Below, piece by piece: positions 12,336 to 23,857 of a stretch of 64,000 bases of DNA; position 1 is the stretch's first letter, and every line of letters begins with the position of its first letter. The translations under genes were made by a program, and so were the position numbers. Location of the stretch: contig NW_003314266.1 of the NCBI RefSeq assembly GCF_000143415.4, forward strand, positions 3,032,604 through 3,096,603. Reading direction: 5' to 3'. Under the pieces are notes generated by a model. It did not search any database. It saw only the letters and a list, made by a program, of their open reading frames with translations, and was not told the DNA's origin. The DNA comes from Selaginella moellendorffii. Lineage: Eukaryota; Plantae; Lycopodiophyta.

Positions 12336-15284
12336 TATTGGAACATAGTCATCACCATGACTTATAAAGGGAGTACATAAGGATTATATCCCTTTGATTA
12401 ATACATATGTGTGTCAGCTGTATATTCTTGGTATTAAAAAAGTAAAATTAGAAAGAATATTTTTTTAAGCCAGTGTTGTAAGTGGTGAGGAGGTTGCCAA
12501 GGGGCTATTAGAACAAGGGATACTAATTTGTAAATAATGGGAAAATCTAGTGGATTTGAGGGATTAAAACTTCTTTTATCCCATAAAAATGATTTTAAAT
12601 ATTTTTTAATTGTTGTTGAAAGGAAGAAAAGTTTTAAGTTAGCCATTGGAAAGGAGTGGCCACTATTAAAATGGAAATAAAGCAAAGTTTAAGAAGTGGT
12701 CCTTAAAGCAAACAATAAGATATGAAAAGTGTAGAGGATTTCAAAGATGTTGACAACACCACAAGAATAATCTTGATTAAATGAGTCAAATATGAATATT
12801 TTAAAAGTAAAAAATGCCACCACTTCAGCTGAGGCATAACAAGTGTTTCATTAAATTTATTGTGACTAGTTATTAGCATTAAAAATAAACACATTTTGAC
12901 AAATGATAAATTATAAAAAGTAATGAAGAAAGCTTCAAAGTATATTAAGAAAATGACCACTCTTAGAGGACAAATTACATAGTATAAAGTCTAACTTTGC
13001 AAATATTATAAGGGCATTTTTTATTTTAGAGCTTTAATCAAGACAACAACATTTAGGATTACAAATCCAGCACTATATAAATTTCATTGACATTTATGAG
13101 GGTAATTTGGAGAATTCACAAAAGAGAACTCTTTAGAAAAGTTTGTAGCAATGATTGCAGCTCAATTATTAGAAAAAGGGTCTTTCAAGCCATCAAAGGT
13201 GGTACACTCAATTAAGCAGGTAAGAAAAAAGGCCATGTGTGTTTTGTGCCTAAATTTAGTATTGGTTTAAAAATGCGTTAGAAGGGCAACTTTTGGATTT
13301 AATGTATTATATGATAGCAAATAAGGCTTTCTTACAAAAAATAATATATAGAAATTTTTCAGTAGATGTAAGCATGGCTAATGGTGAGTCTTTACATATT
13401 ATTGTTTATGAATTTGTCTATAGAGGTGTTTTGTTTATACCTAGCTTAATTTAAAATTTGCTATTAGTTTCTCAACTTATAAGTCAAAGTGTTTATTCTT
13501 GTTTTCACTGCAATAGTGTTGATTTCAAGTTCCTAAGATTTACAATTGCTAAAAAGGACTTTACTATCTCTCTTCACAACTTTAAGTATTAGTAAATATA
13601 ACAAATATCACTGATGCTTCTATTTTTCATCTATGGCATGCTTGCTTTACACATGCTAGATGGTATTAAGTTAAGGAAGTCAATTCTTTAATATATAAAG
13701 TTCCCTCCCTCAATAGAGTGACAATGGACAATTATGAAGCATGTATATGGGGTAAAATGAAGAAGAAATCCCTCTCCTAAAATGCCAAGACTCAAGGTAC
13801 TTTAATTCTAGATTGAGCTTCACTAAGTAAATCTTGAATGAAAATTTTTATCATTTTCTAATTACTAATGATTTTTATTGTTTCTTAAAAATGATTTTCA
13901 TAAACTAAAAGATCAATAAGTTTCATAATTAGATTAATTATGTGGAGCACAAGTTTGCTTGCACCTTACATACTTTTTGAGTGGACAGAGTACGAAAATT
14001 AATCTCTAGAGAATTCCAACTCATCTTGCACTAAGATGGTTTTCATACATTTGGTTCTTGCAATTACTATTTAGTTGTAGAGTAGAAAAGAATGATTTTT
14101 TAAATGGAGAATTTGAGCAATTAATATACATTTAATAACCTCATACTTTTGAAGTGGAAGGCAAAGAGACTTATATGTTTAATTTAAAATAATCCATCTA
14201 TAGTTTTAAACAATCCTTGTAAATTTAGTATACTACTTTAAATAGATTTTTTCCAATGTTGGGTTTGTGCACATTGGAACATTTATATTTGTCACAAAAA
14301 CATTTTGGTTAGAGTATACATTGATGATTTAATTATGATAGAAAAAACACTCTCTCTATATTAGTTTAAGGAATAACTTGTGAAATGGTTGAAAATGAAA
14401 GATCTTGGTAAGTTTTGCTTAGATTCTTGTAACAAAAAGGCATGAACACTTTCAATCCAGTATATTAAAAAGTTTTTAAGTGAATATTAGCAATTTTTCA
14501 CTCAATCATATACTCATATTCCATCATTGCAAGTTCATAAAATCTCTCAAGATGATGAATCTTGTACTGAAGTGGAGAAAAGGTAGATGCAAATTCTTTC
14601 ATATCAAAATATTATAGGAGTGATGATATCTTTAGTAACAGTAAGTTGTTTAGATATTACAACAGAACAAATATCCACTCTCAACTTGGAGTTTCAATGC
14701 ACAAAGATTGAAGATATTAGTATGGATTCTCAAAAATGATATAAGATGGTGAATGTGGATTTAGTAAGGGACTTTAACAATCAAAGATCAATAATAAAGT
14801 ACAATTTCAAATTTTTTAACATTATTGTTTTTTGGTGTAGTTAAAAATAAAGAAAAGTTGCACTTTCCATCTATTAAATTGAGTATAGTATTGTGACTAA
14901 AATAGTTAAGGAATCATTGTGAATGTGAAGATTTTACTTAGACAAAAATTTTGATATTCATAGAACACATGGAATGCAATCCTCAACCCTATTCATCAAC
15001 ATACACTTCAAAATATTTTGCTATTTTATATGTGAAAGGATTTAAATGAGAGAAATTCAGTTGCTCACATATCCACAACCAACTTGATAGTAAATTTATT
15101 GACAAAGACATCCTTGCTAGTGGCTCAATTTGAATGTTTATAAATCAAACTTAGGTTTAAGGGTTGAGGTTAAGTTAAGTTATAGCATATTCACTAGTGT
15201 AATTTATGAAGGTAAGAAGTATGTAAGTATTGTATCCCTTTGATTAATAAATATATATGTTTGCCTATATATTTTGTCTCAACA
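12336..15284 (+). mobile_element. Decayed Ty1/copia LTR retrotransposon with internal deletions
   Basis: Degenerate ~95-110 bp LTRs share atccctttgattaata. Ends TATTG...CAACA, TSD GCCCC/ACCCC, PBS remnant tggtattaaaa at 12429. Remnant motifs LWHAxF.H, ACIWGKM, FLNGE, KSIY.xKQS, VYIDDL, MKDLG and VALS. Confidence 0.85.
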
Positions 15285-17081
15285 ACCCCTACTTCATACA
15301 ATGTTGTGAAGGGTGATGGTGTCTTAGTTGATAACAGTCATATGAAGAGTTGGAGTAGCAATAATGGTAGTGGCATGAAATTTTGCTATAGTCATTTGGC
15401 ATAATTGCCACTCTTAATCACTCTATGGGTGATTGATCAAAATGTAAGTTGTGATAAGGTGTTATGGCAATAGTGTGGTGGTGTCATAAAAGTTTGAATT
15501 TAGTAGTGTCATATGGTTGGTTGGAGCTGTGAGTAGAGAGTCGTTAGTGGTCATTATGAAAGGTTGCAATGGGGATGTGGCTATGAATTGAAATTATGGA
15601 GTTGTTGGTTGAAAGCTATGGCATCATATGTTTCTCTAAATTGTAGTTAAGTTTGAAAACATGTTGTATCATTTGCTTAGCATGGGGCACAAAACTAAGT
15701 TTGACATGAAATGGTCAAGATGCTTTACAAAACTAACCAATTATTTATGACCATTAAGTTATGGTAAATGTAAGCTAGGTTGTTTTTCCACTCATAATTA
15801 TTTTATTCTACAGGGTTTAGGATGATTAGTTAGGCATTACCATATTGTGTATAGGCTTGGGGGGTGAGTGTGTTGTGTTGTCTATAAACTATATTTCTTA
15901 GCTGGAGGATCACTCATGGGGGGGTTTGCTATATTGTTAACAAGCCAATAGTTGTAAAGTAGAGTTGGGAGCTAATATAATGCATGTATAAATGGCTAGT
16001 TTAGGAATATAAGTTTAGCTAGTATTTTTTATTTTTATTATTAAAATTTAACACCATTTCACACAGTTTTAAATTCTTATAGTTCACTGTAACATTAGTT
16101 AAGTCTGAACTATATATTCTAAATAAATATTATTTCAAAATAAATAATTTTTAATTTTAAGTTATATTGTATTAAATAATCCTTGTAAAATTCACAGCTA
16201 TTAAGAGTATTTACCATTAAATAAATGCCGTATGACTATTAAGGAAATAGCCACTAAATAAAGCTTCATGAGTTAGCAAAATATATGATTAAATTTATAT
16301 TTAGTTTTAAAGTTCATTCATGCTAATTATTAAAAATTGAATAAATTATTTTTGAAGTATTTTTAGCTTGAACAAGAACCTTCATTCTCTTTACTTAACA
16401 TAATAATATACCTTATTGACAATTATTCATGCTTGATTATGCTATTGATTTTAAGGTTATTCATTCAAAAGCCACACACACTATTGACATGAACTATTTT
16501 ATATTTTAATTGTTTTTACAAATTTTACATTTCATAATAGTGTTTTTATACTAACATTATTATGTTTTTTAATTCTTACTCATGCAATGTGGCATTACCC
16601 AATTTAATTTGTCTTCAAAGAAACATAAAGAATTTTAAATAAAAATGTTCTCAAGATATTTTCTAATATTGCAATTTGCATAACTATAATTTTCAAGCAT
16701 ATTATATTTGTGTTCACTTATAGTTATTTCCCAATTTGCAATTCAAAGCAACACTTGTTAGTTAGAGGCTTGGAACAATATATCTACTAAGGCTTGTTAC
16801 CCTTAGTAGTGCCTGTAGATTTGGCAAGTGAGTGGTAGTAGAGTGTTCCTGCTATTGATCAAAGTACCAATTTGCTAGAGCTGTTGAAGCTCAATCTGCG
16901 TTGCTGCTTGCCCTGATGGATGAGAACCAGTACGGTTCACGCAGCACTCATGGACGTTTATAAGACGTGGTTTATGCTAAAGTATTTTCCGTCCATTAAA
17001 TAGGTTCTACAGCATATTCTGGTAGTCCTTAGTACTTATTCAACTTTCTTCCTAAACGGGCTCTAGTGATCATCGTTGGAT

Positions 17082-17430
17082 CTATGGGCCGCCACCGGAC
17101 GCTGTCCGAATGATCTGTAGCAACGCTGCGCAGAGCATACAAATCGGAGTCAGGATCTACACTCTAGAACCGCAAAATCGATCGATCGACAAGCACTCGA
17201 TGGATTACCTGAGCCGATGACCACGAAAATGAAGAACCCTAGAACAATTGGGCCAACTGGGTACGCGTTGCCCTTTTTGATGCTCGATTCGGGCACCGCG
17301 CCCCGCTTGAAGATGTTCTTCTGGAATTTCTGGATCTTCTTGTCGGCCAGTCGCTTGGATGTCGTCTGCAAAGCCCAGGAATCCAAGATTTAGTCGAAGA
17401 AAAGAGAGAGAAAGAGGAAGAGCTCACCAT
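17082..17430 (-). CDS. RAMP4: RAMP4/SERP1 stress-associated ER protein; first exon is the ATG alone
   Basis: ATG|GTGAG at 17430-17428, then TTSKRLADKKIQKFQKNIFKRG..YPVGPIVLGFFIFVVIGS|ALLQIIRTASGGGP*. Confidence 0.92.
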
Positions 17431-17518
17431 TCTCTTGCCAAATTGGCTCCGCGACTTCCCCCAAACACCCAAAACCTAAATCTGTGAAGGAGAAAAATGT
17501 CAAAGAAAAAGGACTCCC

Positions 17519-17627
17519 ACGCGGACTCTGACCTGGCACAAGACGCGGCAATGACTCGGCAGGATTGCTGACGCGGACATGACCTGGCCCACGACGCGGC
17601 GATGACTCGGCAGGGATGCTGACGTGG
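17519..17627. repeat. ~52-bp tandem duplication in the RAMP4/PPR divergent intergenic region
   Basis: Two copies of acgcggac..tgacctggc.ca.gacgcggc.atgactcggcagg..tgctg plus a partial third. Confidence 0.85.
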
Positions 17628-17641
17628 TCTTCTTCTTCTCC

Positions 17642-19279
17642 ATGGTCGTAGCGCGCGCCCCAAATCTCGGTGGAATCGAGAGCCCGGACGAGAAGTTTGC
17701 CCCGGCACACTATGCCAAGCTTATCAAATCGTGCGCTATCTCCAGGGATCTGCTCGAGGCACGGCGGATCCACTCGCTGGTGATCCACAGCGCGCATCGC
17801 AACAATCGCTTCCTGAAAAACCTCCTAATTGAAATGTATGGCAAGTGCCACAGCATCGAGGACGCCCGGATTGTCCTGGATCAAATTCACGAGCCCAATT
17901 GCTACACCTGGAACATCGCTCTCGCGGCATTTGCCGAGAACGGGCATCTGGAGAAAGCGCGGAAGATCTTCGAGGGGATTCCACAACCCAACAGCGTGGC
18001 TTGGAACTCTATCATCACCGCTTACGCCAAACATGAGAATCTCCAGGAAGCGAGAAGGATTTTTGAGAAGATGCCAGATCCCAACGTGGTGACGTGGACG
18101 GCAATGATAACAGCATATGCTCAGCAGCGGCATCTTGGCGAGGCGAGAGATCTCTTTGACCGGATGCCGGTCAAGGACGTGGTGGCGTGGACCAGCATGT
18201 TGACCGCATATGCCGAAAACGGGGATCTTGAGCAATCAACGAATCTGTTCGAAACGATGCCCCATAAAGATATCGTTGCCTGGAATGCGATGCTCGCGGC
18301 GTATTATCGGCTAGGTAATTTGGATCAAACAAAAGAACTTTTTGATACCATGCCTCGAAAAGATTCTGCGTCCTGGAATCTTATGATACTAGCATATGCC
18401 GAAGTTGGGAATATTGCCGAAGCACAAAAACTTCTTGAACTAAGTCCTTGTCGTGATGTCACGGCTTTTACTATCCTAATCACTGCTTTTTCCCAGCACA
18501 AGAAAGTAGAGGAAGCTTTTAAATTGTTTAGGGAAATGCCTCGTCGCGACATTGTGGCATGGAACGCTATGCTAGCGGGGTATGCCCATAACGGGCATCT
18601 TGAGGAGGCGAAACTTATGTTTGACCACATGCCTCAAAGAGATTCGATCTCTTGGACCACCTTGGTAGCAGCATATGCCTGGAATGGGCATCTTGGAGAC
18701 GCTAGAGCTATGTTTGAAAAGATGCCAAACCAAGACTACGTGACAGTGCCAACTTTGATAGTTGCGTATGCACAGCACGGGCATATTATACAAGCAAAGA
18801 ATTTGTTCTCAAGAACTTCTCAAGGAGAGGTAATGTCGTGGAATGCAATGCTCACATCCTACATTTTAGGTGGCGAGCTGCAAAGTGGTCTAGATCTTCT
18901 TTTTGATATGGCTGTGGAGGGCCTCGGTCCCGACGAGATCACGTTTCTTTGCATTCTCTCGGGCTGTGGTCACTTGGGACTCTTGGAAGAATGTAGAAAG
19001 CACTTCAAGAGGATGAGATGCGAGTATAACTTAGCTCCAGGGATCGAGCACTTTGTGTGTCTCGTTGATATTCTCGGTCGATGCGGTCAGCTCGCAAAGG
19101 CCGAGGAGCTCATCAAGACGATGCCTTTCGTTCCAAATCGTGTTTCGTGGTCCACTTTTCTGAACGCTTGCAAGATCCAGAAAAGCTCGAATCATTCCGC
19201 AGTGGAAGTCGTCAAGACGAGCCCCGATAAAAAAGACGCTGCCCCGTTTGTGATGCTCTCAAATCTCGTCACTCCTTGA
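17642..19279 (+). CDS. PLS-class PPR protein with E domain (candidate RNA-editing factor), intronless
   Basis: NLLIEMYGKC start, many 31-aa repeats, HFVCLVDILGRCGQL..MPFVPNRVSWSTFLNACK..FVMLSN. No DYW domain. Confidence 0.93.
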   Translation: MVVARAPNLGGIESPDEKFAPAHYAKLIKSCAISRDLLEARRIHSLVIHSAHRNNRFLKNLLIEMYGKCHSIEDARIVLDQIHEPNCYTWNIALAAFAENGHLEKARKIFEGIPQPNSVAWNSIITAYAKHENLQEARRIFEKMPDPNVVTWTAMITAYAQQRHLGEARDLFDRMPVKDVVAWTSMLTAYAENGDLEQSTNLFETMPHKDIVAWNAMLAAYYRLGNLDQTKELFDTMPRKDSASWNLMILAYAEVGNIAEAQKLLELSPCRDVTAFTILITAFSQHKKVEEAFKLFREMPRRDIVAWNAMLAGYAHNGHLEEAKLMFDHMPQRDSISWTTLVAAYAWNGHLGDARAMFEKMPNQDYVTVPTLIVAYAQHGHIIQAKNLFSRTSQGEVMSWNAMLTSYILGGELQSGLDLLFDMAVEGLGPDEITFLCILSGCGHLGLLEECRKHFKRMRCEYNLAPGIEHFVCLVDILGRCGQLAKAEELIKTMPFVPNRVSWSTFLNACKIQKSSNHSAVEVVKTSPDKKDAAPFVMLSNLVTP

Positions 19280-19338
19280 TCCGGAAGTTCTCGCTCAAAC
19301 TTTGCTAAGTTTTTCATCACTGGACGGACGAATCGTGT

Positions 19339-21372
19339 CTAGTCCACTGCTACGATGTTGGACAGGAGAATGTACGAGGAAGTATCTTGCGAGTCGAGTG
19401 AGTGTAAGCTCTCGGCAGCTCGAGCTCCGCGAGATCTCTCTCCGTGAACTTTGGAGGCCGCGAGGAAACCCGACCAGGCAACGTTGTCGGGCGACATGGG
19501 CATGCTCTCGAGAAGCTCATTGGCTCTTTGGAGCTGGCCGGCCCTCGAGAGGCAGTCAACTATACAGGAGTAGTGTTCCTTGCCGGGGGACAAGCCATGG
19601 TCAAGCACCATCAAACTAAAACAATGATGGCTGTCTTCGATCATTCCTAGGTGGCTCAAACCGGTTAAGATCACAAGGAACGCTATGTGACCGGGTTTAA
19701 ATCCTTCGCACTCCATCACTCTCAAAAACTCGAGTGACTTTAACACTGTGGCTTTGTTTCCTCCAAACGCAAAGGCCGTGATCACGGCAGTCCAGGAGAC
19801 GATGTTTTGTAGAGGCATTTCATCAAAGAGTTTGAGCGTGGTCTCGATCTTCGCGTTCTTAGCGTAAGCAGCAAGCATTGTGTTCCAGGAGGCGGTGTCT
19901 CGCTGCGGAAGATCGTCAAAAACTCTCTTGGTTTGATCGATGTGGCCGTTTTGAGCATAAGCTCCAAGAAGTGTGTTCCAGGAGACGATGTCTTTCGCGG
20001 GGGTTAAGCTGTGGAGCTCTTGAGCTTCGCGGAGATGGCCAGCTTCTCCATAAGCTGCTGCTAGAGCGTTCCAGGAAACGGTGTCTCGCTCAGGCATCTC
20101 ATCGAAACATTTTTTAGCTTCTTCTAGCTTGGAGTTTCGAGCGAGGGCGATGGTCATCACGTTCCAGCTCGAGAGATCTCTCCGTGGACTCGACTCAAAC
20201 ATCTCTCGAGCGATCTGGAGGCGTCCATCCCTGGCGAGCACGGAGATCATCAAGTTCCAGATCACGAGATCACATTCTGGAGTTCCGTCGAAAAGCTCAG
20301 TGGCTTTCCTCAAACTTCCAACTTGAGACAATGCGGTGATCATCGTAGTGTAGGAAACTAGTGACCTTTGCGGCATAATGTCGAAAGTTCTTTGGCACTC
20401 TTCAATATGCCCGGCTTCGGCATATGCAAAAAGCTGGATATTCCAAGACATGAGATTTCTTTCTGGAATTTCCAGGAATATCATTTTCGTTTCAAATGCA
20501 TGTCCAGCTTGGGCATAGGCCGACATTATAATATTCCAGGAAAGAATATTCCTCAAGGGCATAGTGTTAAAAAGCATTCTAGCGTCGCCAAGATACCCTT
20601 TTTCGGCATATGCTGTTATCAAGGCATTCCAAGTAGAAACATCTCGATCTTCCATTATATGGAAAAGATTATTTGCCGCGTCAAGGTTTCCATGCTGTGC
20701 ACACGCTGTTATCATGGCATTACAGGATATTACATCCTTCTCGGGCATTTGATCGAAAAGATCCTTTGCCTGGTCAAGATACCCTCTTTTGGCATATGCT
20801 GAGATCATAGCCGTGGTTGAAATTACGGTCTTTCTCGGCATTCGATCAAAAAGACGCTTTGCATCCTCAACTCTATCGTAGATAATGTAGCAATTTATAA
20901 GGATATTCCAAGAGATATCGCTGTCCTTGGGAGATTCCTTGAAGATTTCCACCGCCTCCTGAAGATGCCCACCCTGGGCATATGCCGCGAGCATCGAGTT
21001 CCAGGCCACATCGTTCTTCGCGGGCATCGCGTCGAATATTCGCTTGGCGCCATGGAGCTCGCCGTTTAGGGCGTAGGCGTTGAGGAGGATGCTCCACGAG
21101 TAGATGTTGGGATCAACGATGCGATCGAAGACAATGCGCGCCTCCGCGACGCTGCCGAGCTTGCCATACATCTCCACCAGCAGATTGGCCAGGTATCGGC
21201 TATGGCGCTCCGGCGATCGCTGGATTTGCTCGTGGATCGCCCGCGCCTCCGCCAGATTGCGCGTGTTCCCGCACCGCCGGATGGATTGCGCTAGCATCTC
21301 GACCGGATCGAGGTAATCTCGCCGGAGAATTGGTGCATTGCGGTGCCCGGATTGAGCTGATGCTTGCAGCAT
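19339..21372 (-). CDS. PLS-class PPR protein with E domain, intronless
   Basis: 677-aa ORF of S/SS repeats ending [43 protein letters not shown]. Confidence 0.94.
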   Translation of the reverse strand: MLQASAQSGHRNAPILRRDYLDPVEMLAQSIRRCGNTRNLAEARAIHEQIQRSPERHSRYLANLLVEMYGKLGSVAEARIVFDRIVDPNIYSWSILLNAYALNGELHGAKRIFDAMPAKNDVAWNSMLAAYAQGGHLQEAVEIFKESPKDSDISWNILINCYIIYDRVEDAKRLFDRMPRKTVISTTAMISAYAKRGYLDQAKDLFDQMPEKDVISCNAMITACAQHGNLDAANNLFHIMEDRDVSTWNALITAYAEKGYLGDARMLFNTMPLRNILSWNIIMSAYAQAGHAFETKMIFLEIPERNLMSWNIQLFAYAEAGHIEECQRTFDIMPQRSLVSYTTMITALSQVGSLRKATELFDGTPECDLVIWNLMISVLARDGRLQIAREMFESSPRRDLSSWNVMTIALARNSKLEEAKKCFDEMPERDTVSWNALAAAYGEAGHLREAQELHSLTPAKDIVSWNTLLGAYAQNGHIDQTKRVFDDLPQRDTASWNTMLAAYAKNAKIETTLKLFDEMPLQNIVSWTAVITAFAFGGNKATVLKSLEFLRVMECEGFKPGHIAFLVILTGLSHLGMIEDSHHCFSLMVLDHGLSPGKEHYSCIVDCLSRAGQLQRANELLESMPMSPDNVAWSGFLAASKVHGERSRGARAAESLHSLDSQDTSSYILLSNIVAVD

Positions 21373-21389
21373 TTTTCATCCCTCCCAAG

Positions 21390-21405
21390 AACCCTAATTA
21401 GGGCT
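21390..21405. promoter_or_regulatory. Palindromic back-to-back telo-box-like element between divergent PPR and ALG1 start codons
   Basis: AACCCTAATTAGGGCT, in which CCCTAATTAGGG is a perfect palindrome. Single AAACCCTA telo-boxes also precede other genes here (about 5878, 10251, 41192). Confidence 0.5.
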
Positions 21406-21411
21406 TTAGCG

Positions 21412-23675
21412 ATGGGGAGGAGAGGAAGGGCGACCGTTGTCGTGCTTGGCGATTTTGGAAGGAGCCCCAGAATGCAGTACCACGCCTTGTCTTTGTCGAG
21501 CCAGGTAAATCTTCCAGCTCAAACATCTCTTGCTCCAAAATCTCTCGATTTCTCTCGCCTAGGCTGGCATGGACGTGGATGTCATTGCTTTCGCAGGTAA
21601 ATCTAGAGCTTTTCTTTGTTCTTTTCGATCTTATTACTATGATAGGAGCTCAACCACACCGAGCTGTGCTAGAAGATCCCAAGATTTCTCTTTATCTCAT
21701 GGTAAGCTCGCTTTTTTGCTCTCTCTTTTCTCGTAACTCTCGTCCTTTTTGTAGAGCGTGCCAAGCTTTCAAAGACTTCCGCGACTGTTCTATCTACTGG
21801 CACTACCTTTTAAAATCCTTCTTCAGCTATTACACCTCTTGTGGCTTCTCCTTGTTAAAGTGCCATCCTCGGACGTTGTTCTTGTCCAAGTAAGCTAAAC
21901 CATGGTTTTTTCTAGTATCACTTTGTTCTTATTTGTGACTTTCTAGAATCCACCCTCAGTGCCAGTCCTGGCAGTGGTAAAGTGGACGTGTGTTATAAGA
22001 AAGTCCTCGTTCGTAATCGACTGGCACAACTTTGGCTATACTTTATTCGGTCTTAGATTGAATCCAAGCCATATTCTCGTCAAACTCTACTTCTGGTACT
22101 ACTTACTTGTAAAGTCGTATTCTCGGACGCTTATTATCGCTGCAGGTTTGAAAAGCGTTATGGTAAAATGGCCGACGGCCATCTATGCGTCACGAAAGCG
22201 ATGCAACACGAGCTTGCAGAGAACTGGGGGATCAGGTCAGGCATTCAACGTTTCTCGCAAAACACTGGCTTAACTCTTTTCATGTTCTGCAGGGCAACCG
22301 TTGTCTACGATAGATCACCCGAGTTTTTCCAACCCGCTACCTTGGAGGAAAAGCACGAGGTAAGCTAAAGTTGAGCTGTTTTTTAAATTGCTAGCGGAAA
22401 CTGATGCATTTTCTTACAGCTGTTTTTAAGGCTGGATGGCTTGTTTAGGCAGCCACTGGGTGAATGGGATTGTTGTTCTGTAAGACCGGAGGAAGATGAG
22501 AACGTTCGGTTAGCATCCAGGCAGTATGTTGCTGGTCGAAGCGATTCGACTAATGTTGCTAGCTCCTCCTGGACCCTCTTCACTTGTCGGAAGTCCGCAG
22601 TGGAGGACCCGAGAAAAGAAATCCAGGAGGGCGACCAGTACTTCTATCTGAAAGAAAGGCCAGCGCTTATTGTGAGCAGTACTAGCTGGTAAGCGTGCCT
22701 CCAAACTTGTATCTCGTGTTCTGACCGTTGCAACAAATCGCAGGACTCCAGATGAGGACTTTGAGATACTGTTGGAGGCTGCTGTTATGTATGACCGGCG
22801 TGTGGCGGCATCGCTGGGAGAGCACATAGACAGTGCTTCGGGTGATAGGCGACCCATGAAGAATTCTAGATGCGTTTTCCCTCGTCTTCTCATCGTTGTT
22901 ACTGGTATGATATTTCGCCTTTTCTCTCTAGTTCAGCCGGTAATTCTTTTTTTCTGTTTCTTATTCAAGGCAAAGGTCCCCTGCGACAAGAGTACGAAGA
23001 AAGGATAAGCAGGCTACGTTTACATCATGTTGCATTTCGAACGATGTGGCTCGCTGCTGAGGATTATCCTCGTTTGCTTGGTAAAATGGGTTCTAGCTTT
23101 AGGTTTCACCTGACGTGCTGGTTTTTCTTTCTTTTTAAGGATCGGCTGATCTCGGCGTTAGCTTGCATACTTCCTCGTCCGGTCTTGATTTGCCTATGAA
23201 GGTGTGAGGAAAACTTTTTATTTTTCTGACTATCTACATTCCAATGCAGGTTGTGGACATGTTTGGATGCGGATTACCTGTGACGGCCGTTTCTTATTCA
23301 TGGTAATTAGCTCGCAGCTTTTGGTTTGTTTCTTCAGCGATTATTTTCCTGTGCAGTATTGACGAGCTGGTCAAAGATCACCAGAATGGGCTGCTTTTTT
23401 CGTCTGCTTCAGAACTTGCAGACCAGTTTATGGTACGAATGTTTGTCTGTCTGCCATGAAGGAGTGACACTTCTTATGCCGCAGGATCTATTTCAAGGTT
23501 TTCCAGACAACTGCGAACGCTTGAAGCACTTGAGAGACGGAGCCTTGGCATCGGGTTCGTGTGCGAGATGGGATGACGAGTGGGAGAAGCAAGTTCTTCC
23601 GCTTATTTCCAGGTTTTTGCGACATTCTTTCATTTCTCGATGCTAACTTTCGTTTCGTTTCGGTGCAGATATTAG
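21412..23675 (+). CDS. ALG1: Chitobiosyldiphosphodolichol beta-1,4-mannosyltransferase (ALG1/TURAN)
   Basis: [79 protein letters not shown]; many short introns. Confidence 0.95.
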
Positions 23676-23857
23676 ACTCGAGGCAATGTACATACACCCG
23701 AGAGACTGGTTTAACGAACTTTCGTTGGTAGAGCAGTGTTTTGAACCTCGGAATTTAATTGAACGAACAAGATCTTGCAAGCTTGGACGGCGTCGATGGC
23801 TTTGCTCCGAGATGGTTTCGCACCCTAGGGTTCGCAGGAAATGCAAAGTGGACCACG

